Source: a virus. Taken from it: DNA of 64,000 nt. Shown here piece after piece: positions 20,122 through 28,952 of this stretch (the first letter of the stretch is position 1; every line of letters begins with the position of its first letter). The notes under the pieces were generated by a model that saw only the letters and a program-made list of their open reading frames with translations, did no database searches and was not told the origin of the DNA. The position numbers and the translations under genes were made by a program. The stretch lies in IMG/VR virus record IMGVR_UViG_3300032242_001280, one strand, 5' to 3'.

Positions 20122-21387
20122 TCAATCTTCGTAGTAAGCGTGGATACCAAATGGCGGTTCAATGGTCTTGTTGTACTTGTTATGGATGATCCATACTGTA
20201 TCGCAATAGTTCTCGTCGCCCCATGAACCGTATGGTTCGCCATCGGTAAACACAATAAAGAGTTTTGGATTTACATCTTCGTCCTTCATCCATTTCCAGT
20301 TGACATCAAAGTCAGTACCACCAAAACCTGCAGCTTCATAGTTGATGAGATCATCGCCATCAGCAGTGGTATAATCTACAGGGTTATGAATTTGCGTATC
20401 AAAACACCAAATCTTAACCTTGTAGTCATCATATGACTGCATGATGCCATTGATTTCGCTAAAGAAATCATTCAACTGGTCATTGCCAATAGAACCACTG
20501 GTATCAATTGCGATGCAAACATCAATAGCTTGATCCTTGCGCATGTTAGGCAGAACAAAACCCTGTGAGAACATTTTCTTGTTAGGAATAGTCCAAGTGT
20601 AATCGTTCTTGATAGTAGACTGGATTTGTTGTGTGATAAGTTCACGCCAGTTGATCTTAGGTTGCGTGAGTTCATTGATCATACGCTTGATATTGCCAGG
20701 CGTATTGCCAGCACCTGCGGATTGTGCAGCGGCAAGCATAGCTTCTTTAAACTCGTCCTTGATAGCCTGACGCTCTTCTGGTGTCATTGGATTAGGACGA
20801 CCATTGCCCTTGCCATCTTTGTCATCTTCGTTATCGCCTTCGCCCTTGCCGCTGTTACCTTCTAGGTGGTCATCAAGCAATTGGTCAAGCAAATCTTCGA
20901 TATTGATTTTCTGTGCGTTCTTAATCAAGTCATCATAAACTTGTTCAAAATTCCAGTCATCATACTTGCGATCATACAGGACAGGCACGACCGTAATCTT
21001 TTGACCAAGGTTGTACTTGATGCAATCAGCATTGACCACATAGTCCATTGCAATGTTAGCAAGGTCACGGTTATAACCACGACCACGGTTCATATGGTCA
21101 TACGCGCAATGAAGCAACTCATGACAGAACAAGAACATCATCTGGTTGGTAGGCAACTTGAGGATAAAGTCACTATTGTAGTAGAAGTGGCGACCATCAG
21201 TGGCAGCAGTGGTCAGCCAACTATCAGCATTGACCAGTTTGAGCCGCATGGCAAGGTTACCGAAAAATGGTTGCTTGAGAACGAGAGCAATACGCGCTTT
21301 AAGGATTGCCTGACGAGCGTCATGGTCCTTGTTTTGATCGATGGTATCGCTGAGTTTGCCAGCGCCTGGTTGGTTCTTTTTAGCCAT
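20122..21387 (-). CDS. Metallopeptidase (HExxH) plus vWA domain protein (DUF2201-like), MoxR partner
   Basis: TAATDG, FCHELLH, AIDTSGSI (MIDAS), GGTDF, FTDG. Confidence 0.85.
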   Translation of the reverse strand: MAKKNQPGAGKLSDTIDQNKDHDARQAILKARIALVLKQPFFGNLAMRLKLVNADSWLTTAATDGRHFYYNSDFILKLPTNQMMFLFCHELLHCAYDHMNRGRGYNRDLANIAMDYVVNADCIKYNLGQKITVVPVLYDRKYDDWNFEQVYDDLIKNAQKINIEDLLDQLLDDHLEGNSGKGEGDNEDDKDGKGNGRPNPMTPEERQAIKDEFKEAMLAAAQSAGAGNTPGNIKRMINELTQPKINWRELITQQIQSTIKNDYTWTIPNKKMFSQGFVLPNMRKDQAIDVCIAIDTSGSIGNDQLNDFFSEINGIMQSYDDYKVKIWCFDTQIHNPVDYTTADGDDLINYEAAGFGGTDFDVNWKWMKDEDVNPKLFIVFTDGEPYGSWGDENYCDTVWIIHNKYNKTIEPPFGIHAYYED

Positions 21388-21451
21388 AATCATGTTCTCC
21401 AATGTTTATAACTTATAATAGCACAATATAGATGTTTGTCAAGAGAAAAAA

Positions 21452-21484
21452 ATAGGGGAGCAGTTTCACGGACTGCTCCCCTAT
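21452..21484 (-). terminator. Rho-independent terminator
   Basis: ataggggagcagt / actgctcccctat 13-bp stem with a T-run on the minus strand, after the MoxR gene. Confidence 0.85.
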
Positions 21485-21521
21485 AACTCGCCCTCACTGA
21501 TGGAGAACGATGGGGCGAGAA

Positions 21522-22652
21522 TTAGTCACGCACGGCGGCGAGAATATAATCACCGTTCTTTGCATGGTATTCCTTGTAGTTGTTCATCTTGCTAGTCTTG
21601 ATTGGCAACTTGTAATTGCGCAAGATGGTAGCAAGCATCATTACCTGCAGTTCTGTGTCCATATGATCGAGGAAGAAACGGAACACATTATCCAGTTCAC
21701 CGTGCCATGCAGTGTAATCACTTTCCTTCATCTTGTCACCGCCGCGATTGACAAACGAGTCCTTGAGTTCGTAGCAGATAGAAACAGTCAACGAGTACTT
21801 GGCACCGATTTCCTTAGTACGAAGTTCCTTGACTTTACCGTTCAGAATGTCACTAGGATTAGGCATCTGGCTTGCAACCTTACGGTGGGCAGCAAACTTG
21901 AGTGCAACACCTTCACCAACCGTACCGCTCACAAGGTCATTGAGTTCGGTATCGTTAAGGTCTTCTTGCAGAAGTTCGCTGACAAACGACCACGAGCGAG
22001 GCGTAGCAAACGATGCACCTGACGAGCGAGGATCGAAGTTGAACAAGTCATTCTTATTACAGGTGACATATGCAACCACATCAGGGTTGATAGCATGGTT
22101 GATAGCCCAATCATTCCACGACTCGAAGTCAACACGCAAGTTCAAGTGAACAAAACGGTTAGCAAGTGGCGATGGCATACGATAGACTACACCACGATCA
22201 GTATCGCGGTTGCCAGCAGCAACGATAACAACATTGTCAGGAAGTTCATAAGTACCAACACGACGATTAAGAACCAACTGGTAAGCAGCAGCCTGTGTTG
22301 CAGGTGCAGCACTGTTCATTTCGTCAAGGAATAGGAATACCACAGGATACTTGGCAGCTTCTTCTGCAGATGGCAGATCAGGCGGAGCATTCCACATAGC
22401 ATTGCCGACAGTAGGATTGTAGTATAGAACGCCCTTCAAGTCAGAAGGGTCCATGAGTGCAAGACGCAAGTCATACAACTTACCACCCATGCTTTCGCAA
22501 AGGTCTGCAACGAGTTCGGACTTACCGATACCAGGCGCACCCCAAAGGAATACAGGACGCTTGCGACGAGCGCAAACCATGACCTCACGCTTTGCAGCAG
22601 CGAGGGTAACCGTGCGCACTTCGGAAAGTGCAGTGTCAGTGTTCTTAGCCAT
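21522..22652 (-). CDS. MoxR-like AAA+ ATPase
   Basis: GAPGIGKS (Walker A), LFLDEMN (Walker B), AAGN, LANRF, TPRSW. Confidence 0.9.
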   Translation of the reverse strand: MAKNTDTALSEVRTVTLAAAKREVMVCARRKRPVFLWGAPGIGKSELVADLCESMGGKLYDLRLALMDPSDLKGVLYYNPTVGNAMWNAPPDLPSAEEAAKYPVVFLFLDEMNSAAPATQAAAYQLVLNRRVGTYELPDNVVIVAAGNRDTDRGVVYRMPSPLANRFVHLNLRVDFESWNDWAINHAINPDVVAYVTCNKNDLFNFDPRSSGASFATPRSWSFVSELLQEDLNDTELNDLVSGTVGEGVALKFAAHRKVASQMPNPSDILNGKVKELRTKEIGAKYSLTVSICYELKDSFVNRGGDKMKESDYTAWHGELDNVFRFFLDHMDTELQVMMLATILRNYKLPIKTSKMNNYKEYHAKNGDYILAAVRD

Positions 22653-22718
22653 TTTGTTTCTCCATCAGTTGACTATAATTTAATATAGCATATTATTTTG
22701 TTCTGTCAAGGACTTTTT

Positions 22719-23045
22719 TTACAGTGCACCCGTCCAACGGATGCAATCAAGGGTACCGTCTAGAACATTACCACGAGCAAAGTTCATAGCAGGAGCCTTC
22801 CAAGAGGCAGGTTTCAAGATATCACCTGCACGGAATTTTGGACCATCCTTCTTAACTACAAAAGAATGCACCGAATTACGCTGAATGATCTTGAAATACT
22901 TGCTGCCTTCCTCAATACGGATAGAGGCATTATATTCTTTAATCATCTTGGCGACGATTGGATCACTAGTACGGTTGCCGCTCCAAGCAAGATAATCGGC
23001 TTTGGACTTTTCAATGATAGCGGCGAGACCAGATTGCATATCCAT
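22719..23045 (-). CDS. Conserved phage hypothetical protein
   Basis: KYFKI..SVHSFV..GDILKPASWKAPA..ARGNV motif typical of large myophages; own promoter and RBS. Confidence 0.75.
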   Translation of the reverse strand: MDMQSGLAAIIEKSKADYLAWSGNRTSDPIVAKMIKEYNASIRIEEGSKYFKIIQRNSVHSFVVKKDGPKFRAGDILKPASWKAPAMNFARGNVLDGTLDCIRWTGAL

Positions 23046-23098
23046 GGGAAATCTCCGTTGCTGTTTATATTATAACAATAACACAGAATTAGGGTATG

Positions 23099-23353
23099 TC
23101 AAGCACTTTTTGGTTTATTTAACATCATTTCTTTTATAAGAAATTTGGCGATATTTAACTGCTGACGGATAAATTCATCAACATTTGGGGACGGAATTGA
23201 TGGATTTTTTCTATCCATCATTTCCTGACAATCGGAAAGAATACCCATGACGACCATCTCCACGCCAACCAGTTTAGCAGAGAGGCTGTTGATATATTGG
23301 TCACGGATATCGGCTCTAGACATGCCGTAGCAGATTTGTTCAGAATGCGTCAT
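23099..23353 (-). CDS. Hypothetical early protein
   Basis: Own promoter and GGAGAGA RBS. Confidence 0.7.
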   Translation of the reverse strand: MTHSEQICYGMSRADIRDQYINSLSAKLVGVEMVVMGILSDCQEMMDRKNPSIPSPNVDEFIRQQLNIAKFLIKEMMLNKPKSA

Positions 23354-23411
23354 GTGTATCTCTCCATTGCTTATATTAGTAATATAACACAGAATTAGAG
23401 GCTGTCAAGGG

Positions 23412-23582
23412 TTATTTTTTAACCCCGTCTGTGAGACCAATTGCCACACATTCGTTAGGAAATTTAGCCCACATTTCCGTGATAAGAGCAGCACGAGATT
23501 CCTCAATGCCAGGAATTTCAGCGATTTCGCTAAGGGTGATGATTTCTTCCACATACTGAGAAAATGACCAAGAATTGCGCAT
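23412..23582 (-). CDS. Small hypothetical protein (56 aa; not in ORF track)
   Basis: MRNSWSFSQYVEEIITLSEIAEIPGIEESRAALITEMWAKFPNECVAIGLTDGVKK*; GGAGAA RBS; own promoter (23612-23639). Confidence 0.7.
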   Translation of the reverse strand: MRNSWSFSQYVEEIITLSEIAEIPGIEESRAALITEMWAKFPNECVAIGLTDGVKK

Positions 23583-23648
23583 CCGTGTTCTCCATCAATT
23601 GACTATAACTTAATATAACATGGATTTAGGAGTTGTCAAGCGAAAAGT

Positions 23649-23858
23649 TTAGCTATTATCACCAGACCAGTATTTTAATTCAGCCTCAGTTATTGGCGCA
23701 ACTACCTGTGGACGCCGAACTGATGACAGAGTTGCCCATGGATTAACCCGACAAACAGCCTCTTGAATATCGGCATCATTGCATCCATCAGGAAGACGAA
23801 CTGTAACAGTGCCACCAAAATCTGCATAACCTTTTGGCCAAATTTCTAAGATAATCAT
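23649..23858 (-). CDS. Hypothetical early protein
   Basis: Own promoter and GGAGA RBS. Confidence 0.7.
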   Translation of the reverse strand: MIILEIWPKGYADFGGTVTVRLPDGCNDADIQEAVCRVNPWATLSSVRRPQVVAPITEAELKYWSGDNS

Positions 23859-23910
23859 AGCCGTCTCCGTTGCTGTTTATATTATAACAATAACACAGAT
23901 TTAAAGGTTG

Positions 23911-24114
23911 TCAAGCACTTTTTTCAAAGTAGCGGATATCGGCTTCCGTGGTATGGGGGTCTTCTGCACGGATTGCCGCAACCAACATGCCCCACTTATT
24001 ATCAAGTGCCTTGCTGATCGCATTGGCTTCATCATACCGACCAGTGTCCATATAAAGACCATAGATGGTTTCTAGGGCGGTCAGGTCCATGCGGATGGCT
24101 TCGATGTGGTCCAT
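23911..24114 (-). CDS. Hypothetical early protein
   Basis: Own promoter and AAAGGGA RBS. Confidence 0.7.
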   Translation of the reverse strand: MDHIEAIRMDLTALETIYGLYMDTGRYDEANAISKALDNKWGMLVAAIRAEDPHTTEADIRYFEKSA

Positions 24115-24168
24115 GGGGTATCCCTTTCTATTGCTTATATTATGAATATAACACAGGTTTAAGGATTG

Positions 24169-24816
24169 TCAAGCATCTTTTTTAATCCGCACATAGTGCA
24201 AACGGGTTTGGTTATTGTCATCGTGCTTGTGAACACGGGCTGTCAAATTAATGACAGTTCCACGCGCCAGTTGTTCGCTGAGAGGGAAGCAAACAAGGCA
24301 ATTATCGGCAGTAATTGCGGTATGGTACCACTTATTGTAATTGGCGCTATAAACCGCTGATTTGATTGTAATTTCTGCGGAAATGTTATCGCCAACCTTG
24401 CCAATGTGACGGCTATTTTCTGAAATTTGACGGATTTCATCGCGAGAATTTTCACGATCAATAGCGTTTTTATAGGAATTTGGAACGCTAGCAACCAGTG
24501 CTAAGGTCTTGAAATCCTTGGCATTAATCTCTTTTTGTTCGGTCAGCAGAACCAAGTTCTTCCAATAATCATGAAGAGTTCCAGCAACAAGTTCAATCAT
24601 TTTGCTGTCAAGATATTGGAGAATTTCATTAGCAATTTCAATGTCTTGTGGCAAATGGTCAAAGTTTACCATTTCTGGATTGAGAAATTCACGCATAAGT
24701 GCGCCATTGGAAAGTTCACCTTCCTTGGCATCATAACGCTTGATATACTTGCCATTAACCCTTTGGGCGGCTACGGCGGCGGTCATGGCATCTTTGAGAG
24801 AAATGGTATCAGTCAT
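24169..24816 (-). CDS. Hypothetical protein with probable C-terminal OB fold
   Basis: SRHIGKVGD..I...V...TRLHYVRI; start moved to ATG 24816 (AAGGA RBS). Confidence 0.65.
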   Translation of the reverse strand: MTDTISLKDAMTAAVAAQRVNGKYIKRYDAKEGELSNGALMREFLNPEMVNFDHLPQDIEIANEILQYLDSKMIELVAGTLHDYWKNLVLLTEQKEINAKDFKTLALVASVPNSYKNAIDRENSRDEIRQISENSRHIGKVGDNISAEITIKSAVYSANYNKWYHTAITADNCLVCFPLSEQLARGTVINLTARVHKHDDNNQTRLHYVRIKKDA

Positions 24817-24928
24817 TGCTAGTTTCCTTTTGCTTCTTACGATTATAACTGCCTTTGCCTTTTTTGGCAAGAACTATTCTCTGACGGTACAGAGGTTTCG
24901 CTAATTCTCTTGCTTCTGCGCTGCGCAT
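24809..24928 (-). CDS. arfA: ArfA-like alternative ribosome-rescue factor (39 aa; not in ORF track)
   Basis: MRSAEARELAKPLYRQRIVLAKKGKGSYNRKKQKETSND*; core matches E. coli ArfA [29 protein letters not shown] RBS; first gene after promoter 24955-24982. Confidence 0.75.
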   Translation of the reverse strand: MRSAEARELAKPLYRQRIVLAKKGKGSYNRKKQKETSND

Positions 24929-24978
24929 TGCCTTTCTCCATTGCTTATATTATGAATATAGCATGGATTATATATCTG

Positions 24979-25380
24979 TCAAGACATATTTTGAATGGCT
25001 TGTCCTAAATTATTGTCACAAAGTGTCAGCATTACACTTAATTCGTTATCCATTAGGAATAGTTCCCCTTTGCTCATTTGATAAAACCAAGGGTGATTAT
25101 GGTATCGATCCATCAGCACAATTTCTTTGCCGTTTATTTGATATTTGCGCCTATCTATATGATGTTCATAGAATTTATAACCATAATTACGCATTAGTTC
25201 AAATGCAGTATTATTAAGCCTAAACCCAAAATTTTTATTGTTATTGTACCAATAAAGAATATAGATATTTTTTTGATTTATGTTTGGAATAAATGCATCT
25301 TCGCCATGGGCCAAATGATATAACTCATGGGTCCATTCAGTTTTAGATTTTTTATTTTGTTGGGTAAACGGTTGGTCCAC
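24979..25380 (-). CDS. Hypothetical protein
   Basis: 133-aa ORF (GFRL...HPWF); start uncertain. Confidence 0.6.
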   Translation of the reverse strand: MDQPFTQQNKKSKTEWTHELYHLAHGEDAFIPNINQKNIYILYWYNNNKNFGFRLNNTAFELMRNYGYKFYEHHIDRRKYQINGKEIVLMDRYHNHPWFYQMSKGELFLMDNELSVMLTLCDNNLGQAIQNMS

Positions 25381-25645
25381 TGTTCAACAACACTACGCTA
25401 AATTTAGTAGTTTTAAATTGTATGTTAAGTTTTTTACAAAGATTGATCGCATGACCAGGATTTGAAAAACTTGTTTTTTTATACTTTGGACCAGGATACT
25501 GCGCTAACATAGAAGTAGTTTTAAAGTTAATTGGATTGTTATCATAAAAGATAGCCCAAATACCTTCGCTAGCCAAAACCTGATCTGACTTGTAAGTAGT
25601 TTTATTCGTTATTTCTAATATAATTTGAGGTTTTGGTCTTGACAT
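25352..25645 (-). CDS. Conserved phage hypothetical protein
   Basis: MSRPKP..., PGPKYKKTSFSNPGHAINL; ATAAATA motif at 25665-25671. Confidence 0.7.
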   Translation of the reverse strand: MSRPKPQIILEITNKTTYKSDQVLASEGIWAIFYDNNPINFKTTSMLAQYPGPKYKKTSFSNPGHAINLCKKLNIQFKTTKFSVVLLNSGPTVYPTK

Positions 25646-25688
25646 TGTTGATTTTACGCATTAATATTTATCAATATAATATGCGCAG

Positions 25689-25916
25689 TTAAAAACTTCT
25701 TCCTTCCATGACAACTTCAATAACTTCGTTATCATTAATTTTCTTTTTTAAATCTTCAATTTGACTTTCTAATTCAAGCGTGTATGCAAGTAAATCTGTA
25801 AGTTCATTTATTACATTACGAAGTTCTTCGCCATCAATAAGATGTTTATTATTTCCACTAAGTGATTTTCCACGCTCATTAAATTTTCTTATCCAAAAAA
25901 GATTAGGCGGTCTCAT
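25689..25916 (-). CDS. Hypothetical coiled-coil protein
   Basis: 75-aa ORF in the operon. Confidence 0.6.
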   Translation of the reverse strand: MRPPNLFWIRKFNERGKSLSGNNKHLIDGEELRNVINELTDLLAYTLELESQIEDLKKKINDNEVIEVVMEGRSF

Positions 25917-26382
25917 TGTTTAAATTCCTAAATCTTTCTGTTTGTTCAATCTTAGTCTTAAATGGACCGCAGTATTCATATCGTTGAAGAGTAATCAACT
26001 TAGGCGAATACGCAAGTGTCCAAGTATTATCAAATTTAATTACATAATAACCTGCACAATAAAAACTGCTGCTCTTATCATTCTTAGTGTATAGCGGAAG
26101 TTTTAACTTTACATTCCAAATATGATTATGAGCAGTATGACTGGTTGGATAACCATATACTTCATTGGTCTTAATGGGGTTTTTAAAATCTTTTGCTCGT
26201 TTAGAGATAGTAATATTTTTTCTTTCCATCATCTCTTGTAGAGTTGGAAATTCTTCCATGGTATCACTAACGGTACACCGAACGCCGCTAGTAGTTTGCG
26301 CAATGTTCCCAATGCGCTCGCCTTTTTCGTTTTCAATGATCCAAAAACGATTTTCTACAATATTCTTAGCCTTGAGTGTCAT
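25903..26382 (-). CDS. Conserved phage hypothetical protein
   Basis: LPLYTK..KSSSFYCAGYY..PKLITLQRY..GPFKT. Confidence 0.7.
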   Translation of the reverse strand: MTLKAKNIVENRFWIIENEKGERIGNIAQTTSGVRCTVSDTMEEFPTLQEMMERKNITISKRAKDFKNPIKTNEVYGYPTSHTAHNHIWNVKLKLPLYTKNDKSSSFYCAGYYVIKFDNTWTLAYSPKLITLQRYEYCGPFKTKIEQTERFRNLNNETA

Positions 26383-26575
26383 CTTTAATCTTTCCTTCAA
26401 TCATGTCAAATAGCGAATTATATTCACTACGAACTTCAATAAACGAAGCCCAACCAATGGCAGCAACAATATCCATTAGAACACGATCTTGATCAATGTT
26501 CCAATAGTGAAAAATCTCATATCCAAAGAAAATGAGAATTACCCATGGAAAGTATTTTACAAAAAAATCACGCAT
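26366..26575 (-). CDS. Small membrane protein
   Basis: Two hydrophobic segments. Confidence 0.6.
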   Translation of the reverse strand: MRDFFVKYFPWVILIFFGYEIFHYWNIDQDRVLMDIVAAIGWASFIEVRSEYNSLFDMIEGKIKDDTQG

Positions 26576-27569
26576 CTGTGGTTTCCTTTACAAGTGGTTT
26601 GCTAAGTGCATCTGCCAGAGATTGTACGCTTTCGCTTATCTTGTTAAGTTCAAACTTTGCGCAGAACTTAATAAGTTGCGTACCAATCTGACGATTCTCT
26701 CTTGGATTAACTGCTATTAAAGCAGTATCAATTTTATCTCGTATATCTATGGGCTGGGCAGTGAGATCAATAAGCACACGGTTGGCATCATAACGGTCAA
26801 GAACGCGATGTTCTATACCATCATGGTCTACCCAACGCTGTAGCATTAAATTATTCCACGCCCAGCCCTTACGGTCGCGGTCAGCAAAGGCTTCGGTAAG
26901 TCCAACCCGCTTGGCTGTACCCTTGACACGAACGCCTGGACATGCTGACATCACATTATCTGTAGGATCGCCCCGCATACACTTTTCAAAAAGTATCCAC
27001 TTAGGGTCGCCTACAGTCTTGTGTTTCTTAGTTAGTTTATCAATAACTGGTTTGCCATTATCATCAAATACGCCTTCTAAGGTAATAAGATGATTAGCTA
27101 ACCCATTATACATAGTAACATTTTCTGCTAACAACTGATGAAAATCACTGTCATTGCTAAGAATAACATGGCTATCAGATGGATGCAACGCGATCCAACG
27201 AGCAATGATATCATCTGCTTCGGCTTGTTCTACTTTAATAACGCTTGCATTAGTACGATCATTTAACCAATTGGTCAATTCTTCATAGCATTGCCAAAAC
27301 TCTTTATCTTCTTCGGCTTCACGCACAGTCATTTTATCTTTGGTTACTTTACGATTAGCCTTGTAGCTAGCCGTATGATCTTTGCGCCAACTGCGTGACT
27401 CAAGTGCAAAGATGATATGGTCAGGCTTATGCTGACGATGTGCTTTCAAAATGCTTGTGAATGTCACATGCAACGCAAGACCAATGCGCTGCCACATATC
27501 AGCGCCACGAGCACTGCTATGACGAGCACGAGCGAAAAGATTAGCTGTATCTACAAGAAGATATTTCAT
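26568..27569 (-). CDS. rnh: RNase H / 5'-3' flap exonuclease (T4 rnh-like)
   Basis: LLVDTAN, SWRK...YKANR, EADDIIA, SNDSDFHQL, GDPTDNV. Confidence 0.9.
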   Translation of the reverse strand: MKYLLVDTANLFARARHSSARGADMWQRIGLALHVTFTSILKAHRQHKPDHIIFALESRSWRKDHTASYKANRKVTKDKMTVREAEEDKEFWQCYEELTNWLNDRTNASVIKVEQAEADDIIARWIALHPSDSHVILSNDSDFHQLLAENVTMYNGLANHLITLEGVFDDNGKPVIDKLTKKHKTVGDPKWILFEKCMRGDPTDNVMSACPGVRVKGTAKRVGLTEAFADRDRKGWAWNNLMLQRWVDHDGIEHRVLDRYDANRVLIDLTAQPIDIRDKIDTALIAVNPRENRQIGTQLIKFCAKFELNKISESVQSLADALSKPLVKETTDA

Positions 27570-27608
27570 AAGACCTAATATAATATGTTAGGGGTTAATT
27601 GTCAAGTA

Positions 27609-28055
27609 TTATCTTACTTCTGTTTTGCCATCACCTAAATCAGTACGACTGATATAACGGCTTCCATCAAGATTTTGCACATTGGCTTGTGAAGTTGCTA
27701 ATATATTGCGAGCAATATCATTGAGCCAAGCATCTACTAGTGCTTCTGGATTAACTCCACGATAACCAGATTGGCGAAGCATCTCAATAAATTCTGCGTT
27801 CCAATCAAGTTCCATAGACCCAATCTGTGGGTTTGCGGGATCAAAATCAAACTTAAGAACTTTTACTTCTGGTTTGGTATCGGCAGGTTTTTCTTCAATT
27901 AGTGCCTCTTCAACCTTTTTTGCTTTTGGTGTACGAGATTTCTTAGGTTTTATGCTAGTTTGAGTAGAGGCTAGTGGTGCGCTTTCTGTAATTACAGCAG
28001 AGGCGTTAGCGTCTTTGTTAATTAATTTGCCGATTAGTTTGTCGAGTAATCCCAT
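27609..28055 (-). CDS. Conserved phage hypothetical protein
   Basis: GSMELDWN..F...L...GY.G...E..VD.W. Confidence 0.65.
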   Translation of the reverse strand: MGLLDKLIGKLINKDANASAVITESAPLASTQTSIKPKKSRTPKAKKVEEALIEEKPADTKPEVKVLKFDFDPANPQIGSMELDWNAEFIEMLRQSGYRGVNPEALVDAWLNDIARNILATSQANVQNLDGSRYISRTDLGDGKTEVR

Positions 28056-28064
28056 TTTATACCT

Positions 28065-28391
28065 TTATTGCTGCCAGCATTGGCGTTGGCGACCTGCGAA
28101 ATTACCCCATGCATCATACATAGGAACCCAACGACAGAATGTCTGTGGGTAATACTGTGGTTGTGGATAATATTGTGGCTGTGGGTAATACTGGCGTTGG
28201 TTCTGCTCAGCCATGCTGCCTAAAATACCGCCAACAATCAACCCGCCAACAAGAGGCGCAACCCAATTACCACCGCCACCACCGCCATATCCAGGACGAG
28301 GACCGTGATGGTAACGCCAGTCGTCGGCATTTGCTGCTGTTGCAGTAATTAATGTAGCTGTTGCGAGTAGGATAGCTAGGGTTTTACGCAT
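28065..28391 (-). CDS. Secreted Gly/Pro/Tyr-rich protein (BA14K-like, alphaproteobacterial type)
   Basis: Signal peptide ending ANA, Gly-zipper GGLIVGGILG, YYPQPQ repeats, C-terminal C..C pair. Confidence 0.6.
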   Translation of the reverse strand: MRKTLAILLATATLITATAANADDWRYHHGPRPGYGGGGGGNWVAPLVGGLIVGGILGSMAEQNQRQYYPQPQYYPQPQYYPQTFCRWVPMYDAWGNFAGRQRQCWQQ

Positions 28392-28453
28392 GGTAGTTCT
28401 CCGATTGACTATAACTAATATAACATATTTATTGGTCTTGTCAAGGGTTATTT

Positions 28454-28675
28454 TTAATGTAAGGGGTGTTCAGCTTCGTATTTTTTAATGATTTCTAGGG
28501 CATCTGGGACCAAAACCATGTATATTTGCTCTGCATCGGCGGGTGCTTCGCATTGCAAGTATTCATATATTTCCGTTGCGGGAATTACGGCACGACCAGC
28601 ATAGGTCTGATCACGGATGTACTTTAACATCAAGTACTCTACTTCTTCGTCTGTTATATCAAGGTCTAGTTCCAT
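28454..28675 (-). CDS. Hypothetical protein
   Basis: 73-aa ORF in the operon. Confidence 0.55.
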   Translation of the reverse strand: MELDLDITDEEVEYLMLKYIRDQTYAGRAVIPATEIYEYLQCEAPADAEQIYMVLVPDALEIIKKYEAEHPLH

Positions 28676-28952
28676 TTTTTTCCTCGTATATCATTGATAA
28701 TAGAACCATATAATGATTCCATGCTTCTTTAAGTGATGGATACTGACTTTGAAGTGCTTTTTGATTACGCCAAGGAACTCTAAAAAAAGCTTCGTCGGTT
28801 GGATTGACATTGCCATTTTCGAGAAATTTGTTTATTTGTTTTACACGGTTAAGTTCAAATTGTCGCCATCCATCTGTATCGTTGCGTGGAATTACACGAC
28901 CAGTATCGTATTCAAAATCTTCACTTTGTGGCAAGTCTGAAAAATTACTCAT
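28659..28952 (-). CDS. Hypothetical protein (YPxLKxAxxxY motif)
   Basis: QYPSLKEAWNHY resembles KYPTLKDAYEQY in 35966-36412. Confidence 0.6.
   Translation of the reverse strand: MSNFSDLPQSEDFEYDTGRVIPRNDTDGWRQFELNRVKQINKFLENGNVNPTDEAFFRVPWRNQKALQSQYPSLKEAWNHYMVLLSMIYEEKNGTRP

Larger units (their letters stand above)
21415..28444 (-). promoter_or_regulatory. Dispersed family of repeated sigma70-type early promoters with shared leaders
   Basis: TTGACA-N16/17-TAT(A/T)(T/A/G)T with -35 boxes at 21437, 22704, 23097, 23403, 23634, 23909, 24167, 24977, 27600 and 28439; most are followed by a GGAGA RBS. Confidence 0.85.

Noticed and set aside
22655-24985. Regularly spaced repeats as a CRISPR array or integron attC sites
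   Set aside because: The repeats are degenerate -35/-10 promoter motifs; the intervening DNA is 200-800 bp of intact ORFs; there are no palindromic repeats, cas genes or integrase.
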